Assembly: GCA_964519305.1 (NCBI GenBank)
Contig: CAZFHY010000011.1
Location: forward strand, 1 to 64,000
Length of the DNA: 64,000 nucleotides
Direction of reading: 5' to 3'
From: Candidatus Undinarchaeota archaeon
GTDB lineage: Archaea; SpSt-1190; JASMDC01
Shown here in pieces: positions 28,614-36,649 of this stretch. Below the pieces are notes generated by a model that was given only the letters and a program-made list of their open reading frames with translations, had not been told where the DNA came from and ran no database searches. Positions within the stretch are counted from its first letter, which is position 1. Each line of letters starts with the position of its first letter. The translations under genes were made by a program, and so were the position numbers.

Positions 28614-29951
28614 TCATCCTCTGATGTGCCGGAGCACCTCATCCCGCTTCGCGGCCATGGTATGGGTGTCCTTGGCCTCGAGGTTGAGACGGAGCAGGGG
28701 TTCAGTATTGGACGGGCGGACGTTGAACCACCAGTCATCGAATTCGATCTTCAGACCGTCCAGATGGGACACGTTGCCCTCCTTCCCATAGACGCTCTCT
28801 AGCTTCTTTAGCACAGCATCCTTGTCCTCGACGGTGGAATTGATCTCCCCTGAGATGTGATAACTGTGGGCGTCGGCGAGGACCTGGGAGAGACGACCAC
28901 CTCGACGGGACACGAGCTCCACCATCATCAGTGCGGGGATCCATCCGTTGTCGACGTAGACATCGTCACCACGGAAGTAGTAGTGGCCGGAGATCTCGCC
29001 AGCGAACACAGCGTTGTCCTCGCGCATGGAGGCCTTGATGAATGCATGACCTACACGGGACATCTTCGGTACGCCCCGCGCCTTGCGGATAGAATCACGG
29101 ACGTACCATGAAGCGCGAAGGTCGTAGTACACGACGTCCCCGGGATTGTCCTGGAGCACACGCTGGGCCAAGAGCCCTGTGATGAAATCACCAGGTACGA
29201 ACTTGCCCGTGTTGTCGATAAAGAAGCACCGATCGGTGTCGCCGTCCCAGGCGATACCCAGGTCGGCGCCCTGGATCATTACCTCGTCCATGATCTGTCG
29301 CCGGTTCTCCTCCACCATGGGATTGGCATCATGTACGGGGAAGGACCCGTCCAGCTTGAAGTTAAGTGGGATGATCTCAAGAGGTAGACCTTTGAACACG
29401 AGCGGAGCGATCTTACCGGCCATACCGTTGGATGCGTCCATGACAATTTTCATCGGTCGGATGGCCTTCACGTCCACGAACGAGTGGACCCATGTGACGA
29501 AATCGTCCAAGACGTCACGTTCGATGATTGTACCCTTCTGGGCAGGCTCGGGGAAGTCGTTCTTCTCCGCAAGGGCCTTGATGTCTCGAAGACCCGTCTC
29601 AATGCCGATAGGGATTGCCTTCTCCCTCACAATCTTCATCCCGTTGTCCTCAGGGGGATTGTGGGAGGCGGTGATCATCACCCCGGCACCCCTCTCGAGC
29701 TGGTGGACCGCGAAGTAGAGCACGTCGGTCCCCACCAGACCGATATCGATGACGTTGGCACCTTGTTCGGTGACACCTTTGGCCAGGGCCTGTAGCATCT
29801 GTGGTGACGATATGCGCATGTCACGCCCGATGACGACCTCGTCTACGCCCAGCAGCGTAACGATTGCACGTCCCACACGGTATGCGATGTCCTCAGTCAG
29901 CTCGGTGCCGAACTTCCCCCGGATGTCGTAGGCCTTGAAGATATCCCCCAT
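28614..29951 (-). CDS. Phosphomannomutase/phosphoglucomutase
   Basis: FKAYDIRG, ITASHNP, DGDTDR, GEISGH, RPSNTEP. Start at ATG 29951. Confidence 0.95.
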   Translation of the reverse strand: MGDIFKAYDIRGKFGTELTEDIAYRVGRAIVTLLGVDEVVIGRDMRISSPQMLQALAKGVTEQGANVIDIGLVGTDVLYFAVHQLERGAGVMITASHNPPEDNGMKIVREKAIPIGIETGLRDIKALAEKNDFPEPAQKGTIIERDVLDDFVTWVHSFVDVKAIRPMKIVMDASNGMAGKIAPLVFKGLPLEIIPLNFKLDGSFPVHDANPMVEENRRQIMDEVMIQGADLGIAWDGDTDRCFFIDNTGKFVPGDFITGLLAQRVLQDNPGDVVYYDLRASWYVRDSIRKARGVPKMSRVGHAFIKASMREDNAVFAGEISGHYYFRGDDVYVDNGWIPALMMVELVSRRGGRLSQVLADAHSYHISGEINSTVEDKDAVLKKLESVYGKEGNVSHLDGLKIEFDDWWFNVRPSNTEPLLRLNLEAKDTHTMAAKRDEVLRHIRG

Positions 29952-30012
29952 GGTCACACCGGTGTGGAGAACAAGGCTCAGAATTAAAGGCTTTGCGCCC
30001 GAGGGGACGGCC

Positions 30013-30597
30013 ATGGAGCTCACCGAGGCGCTGGCCACCCGACGGAGCGTGCGAAAGCTCGACCCGGAGCCCGTTCCACGGGAGATCATCGAGGAGCTTG
30101 TGAGCTTAGCTACCATGGCCCCAAACGCCCATAACTCCCAGCCATGGCAGTTCGTGGTTGTGGATAAGATGCGCGAGTCTCTTGTGGACGCTCTGGCATC
30201 GGGCCTAAGGAGCGACCTACTAGGTGAAGGGGAGAGTCCTGATGAAGCTCAGCAGATCGCGGAGGCCAAGACTGGCCGGTTCCGACACCCGCCAGCGCTC
30301 CTGCTCGTTTGCCTGGACGCACAGCGGATCAAGGCCGGGCCGCGTCAGGATGCAGAACGGCTCCTAGCAGTGCATAGCGTCGCTGCCGCAATCCAGAACC
30401 TGCTGCTGGCCGCCCATGATCGGGGTCTGGCCACCTGCTGGTACTGTGCACCCGCATTCTGCCCTGAGACAGTGCGAAAGGCACTGGACCTATCGCCAGA
30501 CGTTGAACCCCAGGCACTGGTGGCGCTCGGCAGGCCGGCAGAGGATCCCACATCACCCCGCCGCCGCCCGCTTGCGGAGGTTCTGGTGTGGCGATGA
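30013..30597 (+). CDS. Nitroreductase-family protein, FbiB C-terminal domain/FbiE-like
   Basis: RRSVR, APNAHNSQPWQF, SVAAAIQNLLLAAH..GL.TCWYCAPAFCPETVR.AL; ATGA-coupled to cofD. Confidence 0.8.
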   Translation: MELTEALATRRSVRKLDPEPVPREIIEELVSLATMAPNAHNSQPWQFVVVDKMRESLVDALASGLRSDLLGEGESPDEAQQIAEAKTGRFRHPPALLLVCLDAQRIKAGPRQDAERLLAVHSVAAAIQNLLLAAHDRGLATCWYCAPAFCPETVRKALDLSPDVEPQALVALGRPAEDPTSPRRRPLAEVLVWR

Positions 30598-31538
30598 CCC
30601 GGGCGTGCGTTCTCTGCGGGGGTGTAGGTGCGGCCCGTTTCCTTACGGGCCTTGTGCGTGTCATTCCCCCAGAGGATATCGGATGTATCGTGAACACCGG
30701 CGACGACATCGATGTCTGGGGCGCGCGCGTATGCCCGGATGTGGACATAGTAACGTATACCCTTGCTGGGATCGTGGACCGGGACAAGGGCTGGGGTGTA
30801 GCGGGCGATACGTTCACGTGCCTTGAGGCCATGGTGCGCCTGAAGGAGATGGGCTGGTTCCGATTGGGGGATGCCGATCTTGCTCTGTCACTAGTACGTA
30901 CTCAGCTTCTTGGGGCCGGACGAGAGCTTGAGGACGCGATTGCTGAGATAGTCCATCGTTTGGGTGTCGTACCTACAATCGTCCCCATGTCAAACGAACG
31001 TGTGGAGACGCGCGTGACAACACCCGCGGGCGAGATGTCGTTCGAAGAATACTTCGTACGTGAGGGCTGCCGGCCCGAGGTCCGAAAAGTGCGTTACGCA
31101 GGCGCCGACATAGCCCGCCCGAGCCGAGGTGCCGGGCGCCTCATACGCGAGTCAGATGTCCTCCTTATAGCCCCTTCGAATCCGTTGGCCAGCATTGGTC
31201 CGATACTGGCCGTTCCCGGGATGCGTGAGCTAGTGGAGACGTTCAATGGGCCGCGGATTGCGGTCAGCCCCCTTATTGGTGGTAAGACGATCAAGGGACC
31301 CGCTGACCGGATGCTCCGAGCGGCCGGATTCCCTCCTAGCGTGGAAGGACTGGCCACGTTCTACGACGGACTAATCGACGGTTTCGTCATCGACGAGGTC
31401 GATTCTTCAAGCATCCCCGTGCTGGAGGGCCGGGGACTTGCAGTTCATGCGCTCCCCTCGCTCATGGACACGCCCGCCCGGGCAGAGGCGGTGGCCCGGG
31501 GGGCCCTCAAGCTTGCAGAGGAGATCGAACGCCCTTGA
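30594..31538 (+). CDS. cofD: 2-phospho-L-lactate/PEP transferase CofD (FbiA)
   Basis: LCGGVGAARFL.GL, VNTGDD, CPDVD..YTL, WFRLGD.DLA, PSNP..SIGPIL, KGPA. Confidence 0.93.
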   Translation: MTRACVLCGGVGAARFLTGLVRVIPPEDIGCIVNTGDDIDVWGARVCPDVDIVTYTLAGIVDRDKGWGVAGDTFTCLEAMVRLKEMGWFRLGDADLALSLVRTQLLGAGRELEDAIAEIVHRLGVVPTIVPMSNERVETRVTTPAGEMSFEEYFVREGCRPEVRKVRYAGADIARPSRGAGRLIRESDVLLIAPSNPLASIGPILAVPGMRELVETFNGPRIAVSPLIGGKTIKGPADRMLRAAGFPPSVEGLATFYDGLIDGFVIDEVDSSSIPVLEGRGLAVHALPSLMDTPARAEAVARGALKLAEEIERP

Positions 31539-32140
31539 ACAGCTGCATCCTGGTGCCAGTAAAGGGATTTCGAGAGGCCCTTGGAAAGACGCGTCTCGCA
31601 GGATCCTTCGGACCCGATGAACGGGCAACGCTCGTTGAAAACATGGCCGAGCGCGTTGTACGGACGGCGTCCGAAGTGGCCCCCGTCTATCTCCTCGCAC
31701 GCGAGGACCCCCCACCAAAGGTCGCAGCCCACATACATGATACGATCGACGATTTGGGGAGGGGTCTGAACGCCGAACTGGAGTCCGCTATCGACACCCT
31801 CCTGGCCAACGAACATGACAAGCTCCTCGTGCTCCCTGGGGACATACCATTGGTCACTACCGCGGTCATTGAGCGCGCTCTCAATCTGCTCGACGACCAT
31901 GATGTCGTCGTAGCACCGACAACGGACGGGGGGACCGCGCTCCTCGGTATACGATCGCCGCGACGGTCGAGGATGCTGTTCGGAGAACGGTCGAGCTATA
32001 TTGCACATTCCGAAAACGCCCGGAATCAGGGTCTTTCCGTAATTCTACTGGATAACGAAGATCCAATCCTGGACGTGGACACGGCAGATGATGTAGTCCT
32101 TGTTCAGGATGAGCTCTCTACTACTGATAGATGCTTGTAG
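31535..32140 (+). CDS. cofC: 2-phospho-L-lactate/PEP guanylyltransferase CofC (FbiD)
   Basis: VPVK....KTRLA, GLN, GDIP, DGGT, DVDT.DD; adjacent to cofD. Confidence 0.88.
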   Translation: MNSCILVPVKGFREALGKTRLAGSFGPDERATLVENMAERVVRTASEVAPVYLLAREDPPPKVAAHIHDTIDDLGRGLNAELESAIDTLLANEHDKLLVLPGDIPLVTTAVIERALNLLDDHDVVVAPTTDGGTALLGIRSPRRSRMLFGERSSYIAHSENARNQGLSVILLDNEDPILDVDTADDVVLVQDELSTTDRCL

Positions 32141-33150
32141 AGCGTGTCGCGTCGAACGGCCCGACGCCCCGCCTCCTTGGCAAGCGCGGCCAGGGACTCT
32201 GCGCTCATGGCCTGACCGTTGCGCCCTCCTGCCAGCCGTGTGATGTTCTCGGCCCCGAGGGTTCCGCCCAGATCGTTGGCACCCCAGTCGAGGGCCTTGA
32301 CGGCCGTCCCACGGCCGAGCTTCACCCAGGATACTTGGATGTTTGGGATGAGGGGGTGGAGGGCCAGACGCGCAGCGGCCACCATCAGGAGGTCAGCGGC
32401 CATGCCGGGCGATCTGATCCCCCGCTCCCGGAACAGCGGTGTGTTCGGGGAAATGAAGGACAGAGGTACGAACTCGGTGAATCCGCCCGTCTCCTCTTGA
32501 AGATCACGGAGGAGGTAGAGGTGCTCCAAGCGGTCGTTCCATCCCTCGCCGATACCATAGAGCATTGTGCATGTCGTCGGGATACCCTGCTCATGGGCCG
32601 AACGAACAACGTCTAGCCATTCTGCAGTACCGAGCTTCTCAGGGCAGACCTTCTTGCGGACATGATCAACAAGCACCTCCGCCGCAGTACCCGGCATGGA
32701 CCCGAGGCCGGCCTGCCGCAGTTCCTTGAGGACCGTCTCGATGTCCTCTCCTGTCTGATGAGCGGCGTGGGCCACCTCTTGTGGGGAGAACGCGTGGATG
32801 TGGATGTTGGGTGCTGCCTTCCGAACAGCCCGCACTATGGCCACATAGTGCTCAAGGAAGAGGTCGGGGTGGAGCCCGCCCTGGATGCACACCTCCGTAG
32901 CACCGCTCTCGGCCGCGGAACGCGCATCCTCCCCCACGTTCTCAGCAGAACGCAGGTATCCCTCGCGGTTGGCGAAAGCACAGAACAGGCATCTATTGAT
33001 ACACACATCAGTGAAGTTGATATTGCGATTGACCACGAAGGTGACATCGTCTCCAACTGCATCCGTTCTGAGGGCGTCGGCCGCTCTCTGCGCTTCGAGC
33101 GGCCGGGCAATCAGACGTCGGACCCCCTCGCGGTCCAAAGGTTCACTCAT
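32104..33150 (-). CDS. cofH: FO synthase subunit CofH (radical SAM)
   Basis: VVNRNINFT.VCINRCLFC, EVCIQGGLHP, HAFSPQE, SMPGTAAE, GGFTEFVPL, NIQVSWVK, ANDLGGT. Start at ATG 33150. Confidence 0.92.
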   Translation of the reverse strand: MSEPLDREGVRRLIARPLEAQRAADALRTDAVGDDVTFVVNRNINFTDVCINRCLFCAFANREGYLRSAENVGEDARSAAESGATEVCIQGGLHPDLFLEHYVAIVRAVRKAAPNIHIHAFSPQEVAHAAHQTGEDIETVLKELRQAGLGSMPGTAAEVLVDHVRKKVCPEKLGTAEWLDVVRSAHEQGIPTTCTMLYGIGEGWNDRLEHLYLLRDLQEETGGFTEFVPLSFISPNTPLFRERGIRSPGMAADLLMVAAARLALHPLIPNIQVSWVKLGRGTAVKALDWGANDLGGTLGAENITRLAGGRNGQAMSAESLAALAKEAGRRAVRRDTLYKHLSVVESSS

Positions 33151-34174
33151 TGCCTGACACCTCTCGGGCGAGGGCGAGCACGCGGGGGGCGAGATGTGAG
33201 GGTGTGATGTACTGCTCCCGGACGGGGAGCCTGTGAGAGAGGACAAATCCGGCCTCCTCGCACGCGGCCTCTAGCTCGTCTAGAGTGGACCATGGTCGGT
33301 CCGGATTAATGAAGTCGGGTGTCACCGGCGATACGCCGCCAAGGTCATCTGCGACGGACATGGCGAGCGTGAGGAGATCACGAGAAACGAGATTAGGAGG
33401 TATCTGGATACTAACATCGGGCGGAAGGCTAATGCGGGCCATTGCCAGCGTATCGAGGACCTCCTTATCGCTGGGCGCCGGTACGCTCTCCATGGGTGTA
33501 CCCTCGTGAGGTACGAATGGCTGGACAAGGACCTCTTGGATATGTCCATAGCGCGCATGGATGTCAGCAATCGCCTTTAGTGATTGCTGCCGTTCGAGAC
33601 GTGTTTCGCCGATACCCACGAGAATGCCGGTGGTGAAGGGGATACCTTGTATCCCTGCCGTTGCGATATGTGCGAGCCGAAGGGAGGGCACCTTACCACA
33701 GCAACCATCATGTGGCCCGCCCGGGTTCCCCAGACGCTCGCTGGAGGTCTCTAACATGAGCCCCATGCCCGCGTTCACACTTGCGAGCATCTCGAGCTCG
33801 TCCGCGATAAGGACACCCGCGTTCGTGTGAGGGAGCAGGCCGCTCTCCAGTGCTCGGCCGGCCAGATCAGCAAGGAACTCCACCATGCTCTTGTATCCCC
33901 ACTCATTGAGCTTGTGTCGCACGTACGGGTCAGAATCCGAACGCTCACCAAGAGTAAGGAGAGCCTCAGTGCATCCCGCTTGGACGGCACGTTCTATGAG
34001 CTCTTGTGCCTCATCTGGCGAGAGCAGGCGCGGCCGATCATCCCCCCGCACCCGGAATCCACAGTATGCACAGTTATTGATACAGGCAGTGGCGACCGGT
34101 AGGAAGGCGTTCGATGACACTGTAATCCGGCGGCCGAAGGCTTCCTGTCGGCGCCTACATGCGGCCTCCCACAT
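33143..34174 (-). CDS. cofG: FO synthase subunit CofG (radical SAM)
   Basis: CINNCAYC, EALLTLGE, LPHTNAG, MGLMLE, PFTTGILVGIGE, QIPPNL, DLGGVSP. Start probably ATG 34174. Confidence 0.92.
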   Translation of the reverse strand: MWEAACRRRQEAFGRRITVSSNAFLPVATACINNCAYCGFRVRGDDRPRLLSPDEAQELIERAVQAGCTEALLTLGERSDSDPYVRHKLNEWGYKSMVEFLADLAGRALESGLLPHTNAGVLIADELEMLASVNAGMGLMLETSSERLGNPGGPHDGCCGKVPSLRLAHIATAGIQGIPFTTGILVGIGETRLERQQSLKAIADIHARYGHIQEVLVQPFVPHEGTPMESVPAPSDKEVLDTLAMARISLPPDVSIQIPPNLVSRDLLTLAMSVADDLGGVSPVTPDFINPDRPWSTLDELEAACEEAGFVLSHRLPVREQYITPSHLAPRVLALAREVSGNE

Positions 34175-34230
34175 CGAGTGATGGGTGAGGGTAAAAGCAT
34201 TTATTGATGGCACCGCCAAATGACATCAGG

Positions 34231-35121
34231 ATGGTAGGGGACCCACTCCCCGAGGGAACGAGCCCACCAATCATACACGAGGCTCGCGCCAACATTGACA
34301 AGGAGAAGAAACGCGGCATCTCCATAGACTCCGCGATCAAACAGCGCAGCCCCTACATGATGGTGCGCGATGACGAGGAGCCCGCACAGAATCAGGGGGA
34401 GTCGCCCGCGACAGGGGGTGCGGACGTGATGTCCGGTGCCTCTGCCAACGATGCAGTTGCGTTCATTGCCAAGGCATCGGGTGTAGAGGGCGCATCGAAG
34501 GCGCGTGCGGATACAAAGGCCGCTCCGACCGAGGCGTTCTTCGAGGAGACCGAGGAGCTCGAGCAGAACAAGATAATGGATGTAATCGTCACCCTCGGGA
34601 CCATGCTCATCACGTTCTTCATCCTTCTGGCCGTCATCTACGGCGGGTATCGTGTGGTCTCTGTAGTGGCCCCAGGTATAGCCAACGCTATGGGGGGAGA
34701 GAAGAGCGAAGGACCCCTCTACAACATCACCTGCGCAGGATTCTCCGCGTGCCCTGACGACATAATGGATGCATGTGGGCTTGAGGGGGAGGTGGCCTGT
34801 GCAGATATCAATAACGCAGGACCCGCCACCATCCCAGGGACCGCACTTGTCAAAGCGAGTATCTCCATCTCCGGGGAGAGTGGGATGCATACCTACAATG
34901 CTGACAAGATCCGTATCGTAAATATCGATGGTACCTCCTGTGATATACTGGCAGGATGTGCGTGGTGCCTTGATCAAGAATGGGCCGAGCAGAAAGTAAA
35001 GACCTTGGTAATCCCGCCCGCGCCGCTCGGAGAACTGAAGACCGGTCGTCACTCCATTACACCGGGAGTGGAGAGAGCGAACCTGATCCAGGACTGCTCC
35101 TTCGGAACGGACCTTGTCTGA
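34231..35121 (+). CDS. Hypothetical single-pass membrane protein
   Basis: Low-complexity N-terminus, central TM (VIVTLGTMLITFFILLAVIYGG), Cys-containing C-terminal domain. Start uncertain (34204-34231). Confidence 0.65.
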   Translation: MVGDPLPEGTSPPIIHEARANIDKEKKRGISIDSAIKQRSPYMMVRDDEEPAQNQGESPATGGADVMSGASANDAVAFIAKASGVEGASKARADTKAAPTEAFFEETEELEQNKIMDVIVTLGTMLITFFILLAVIYGGYRVVSVVAPGIANAMGGEKSEGPLYNITCAGFSACPDDIMDACGLEGEVACADINNAGPATIPGTALVKASISISGESGMHTYNADKIRIVNIDGTSCDILAGCAWCLDQEWAEQKVKTLVIPPAPLGELKTGRHSITPGVERANLIQDCSFGTDLV

Positions 35122-35231
35122 GGCCGACCGAAAGGGATAAGAATCCTAATTCCTTCTCCTTGACACGTGGGCGAGAACGCGTCAACCAAGAGCGTTCGAA
35201 ACCCGTGACGTGACAATCATCTACGGAGGCA

Positions 35232-36275
35232 TTGAAAGTGGTAAAGGACAAGCTTTTCGGTAAACACCTCCTGTGTACACAGGACTGGGGGGTTGACGAA
35301 CTCATCCGCGCACTAGAGCTTGCGGAGGACATGCAGAAGGAGCGTTTCTCAGGCAAATATTTCGACGTCCTGAAAATGAGGACGTACATGATGTTCTTCT
35401 ACAATCCTTCCGTGCGCACTCGGCAATCCTTTGAGTGCGCCGCGACCGAGCTAGGAGGCCATGCACAGTTCCTCGAGCCCAAGTCCATGCGGCTCAAGAC
35501 GAAGAAGACCGCTGGCGAGACCGTCGAGGACGCGGCCCAGGTCATGGCCAGGTACGGTGCGGGCGTGGGTATTCGTATTCTTGAGGACAAGATTGGGGCC
35601 TACGGCGAGGGGCAGAAGCTACTTGAGGACTATTGCAAGTGGAGCCCGGTACCCATCCACAGCATGGCCCACGATAAGTTCCACCCCTTCCAGGGGCTCG
35701 CTGATGTCATGGGGCTCAAGAAGCATCTCAAGACCCCCGATTATAACTTCAAGGGCAAGAAGATCCTCCAGGTTTGGGGGAAGGGTGCACTTGCGCGCTC
35801 CTGGTGCTCAGTGCAGGAAAGCATCCTGATCAACTCCCGCCTGGGTATGGACGTGTGTCTGGCCCACCCTGAGGGTTTCGATCTGGATCCTGAGGTCATT
35901 GCCATGGTGAAGGCCAACTGCAAGGCCAACGGTGCCGAGTTCGAGATAGTGAACGATGTTGACGAGGCCTACGATGACAGCGTTGATGTCGTGTACTCCC
36001 GCAACTGGATGACCGCTGGTGCCTACAAGGGTGGCGAGTTCGATAAACCCGGAGAGATCGAAAAGAGCCTCCAGCACACGGATTGGATTTGCGACGCACC
36101 AAAGATGGCCAAGACCAACAACGCCCTCTTCATTCACCCAATGCCTATAGACCGGGGTAATGAGGTTTCGGATGATGTGGCCAGCGGCCCCCGCTCGATA
36201 GTCTACGATGTCGCGGAGAACCGCCTTCACGTACAGAAGGCCGTAATGGCCCTCACTATGGGCAATCTTCCCTAG
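35232..36275 (+). CDS. Ornithine carbamoyltransferase-superfamily enzyme (AOTC/SOTC/YgeW-like branch)
   Basis: FYNPSVRT, HPFQ, YSRNW, HPMP.DRG.EV, AENRLH; TTG start with RBS GGAGG. Confidence 0.85.
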   Translation: MKVVKDKLFGKHLLCTQDWGVDELIRALELAEDMQKERFSGKYFDVLKMRTYMMFFYNPSVRTRQSFECAATELGGHAQFLEPKSMRLKTKKTAGETVEDAAQVMARYGAGVGIRILEDKIGAYGEGQKLLEDYCKWSPVPIHSMAHDKFHPFQGLADVMGLKKHLKTPDYNFKGKKILQVWGKGALARSWCSVQESILINSRLGMDVCLAHPEGFDLDPEVIAMVKANCKANGAEFEIVNDVDEAYDDSVDVVYSRNWMTAGAYKGGEFDKPGEIEKSLQHTDWICDAPKMAKTNNALFIHPMPIDRGNEVSDDVASGPRSIVYDVAENRLHVQKAVMALTMGNLP

Positions 36276-36297
36276 GAACAGGGCACTCTGAAAAATC

Positions 36298-36323
36298 GCC
36301 GGCCTCTCGTGGGAGGGGCCGGT
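36298..36323 (+). terminator. GC-rich hairpin after the carbamoyltransferase gene
   Basis: GCCGGCCTCTC-gtgg-GAGGGGCCGGT, an 11-bp stem with G:U pairs. Confidence 0.45.
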
Positions 36324-36594
36324 ACAACCTCTGTTCACGAATATCGCGCCGTTACGTCGCTCATATAATCCGGAATCCACACATTCCTGTCAAACGCTGG
36401 AACTAATCGCGGGGCGTTCATTTGGATGCGAACAGACGACGTATTTTACCCCCTCAGACCCCGGACCGCCGGTCCTTGCGCTCTGATAGTATTCAAACGT
36501 TTCACAATGTTTCCCAACGGTGACGAGCAACCCCTGCCCGCCGTTGGCACCGATAACGCGAGGCGGAGATGTATGTCCCGCAACCATTACAGAG

Positions 36595-36607
36595 AACCCA
36601 TTTATAT
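36595..36607 (+). promoter_or_regulatory. BRE/TATA promoter
   Basis: AACCCATTTATAT upstream of RBS GAGGG and ATG 36650. Confidence 0.6.
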
Positions 36608-36649
36608 CGTCTCAAACACCGCTCTATATCGGTACAAAGGAGGGATCAC

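Noticed and set aside
34201-35052. 283-aa - strand ORF
   Set aside because: Antisense to a more plausible membrane-protein gene; no recognisable motifs.
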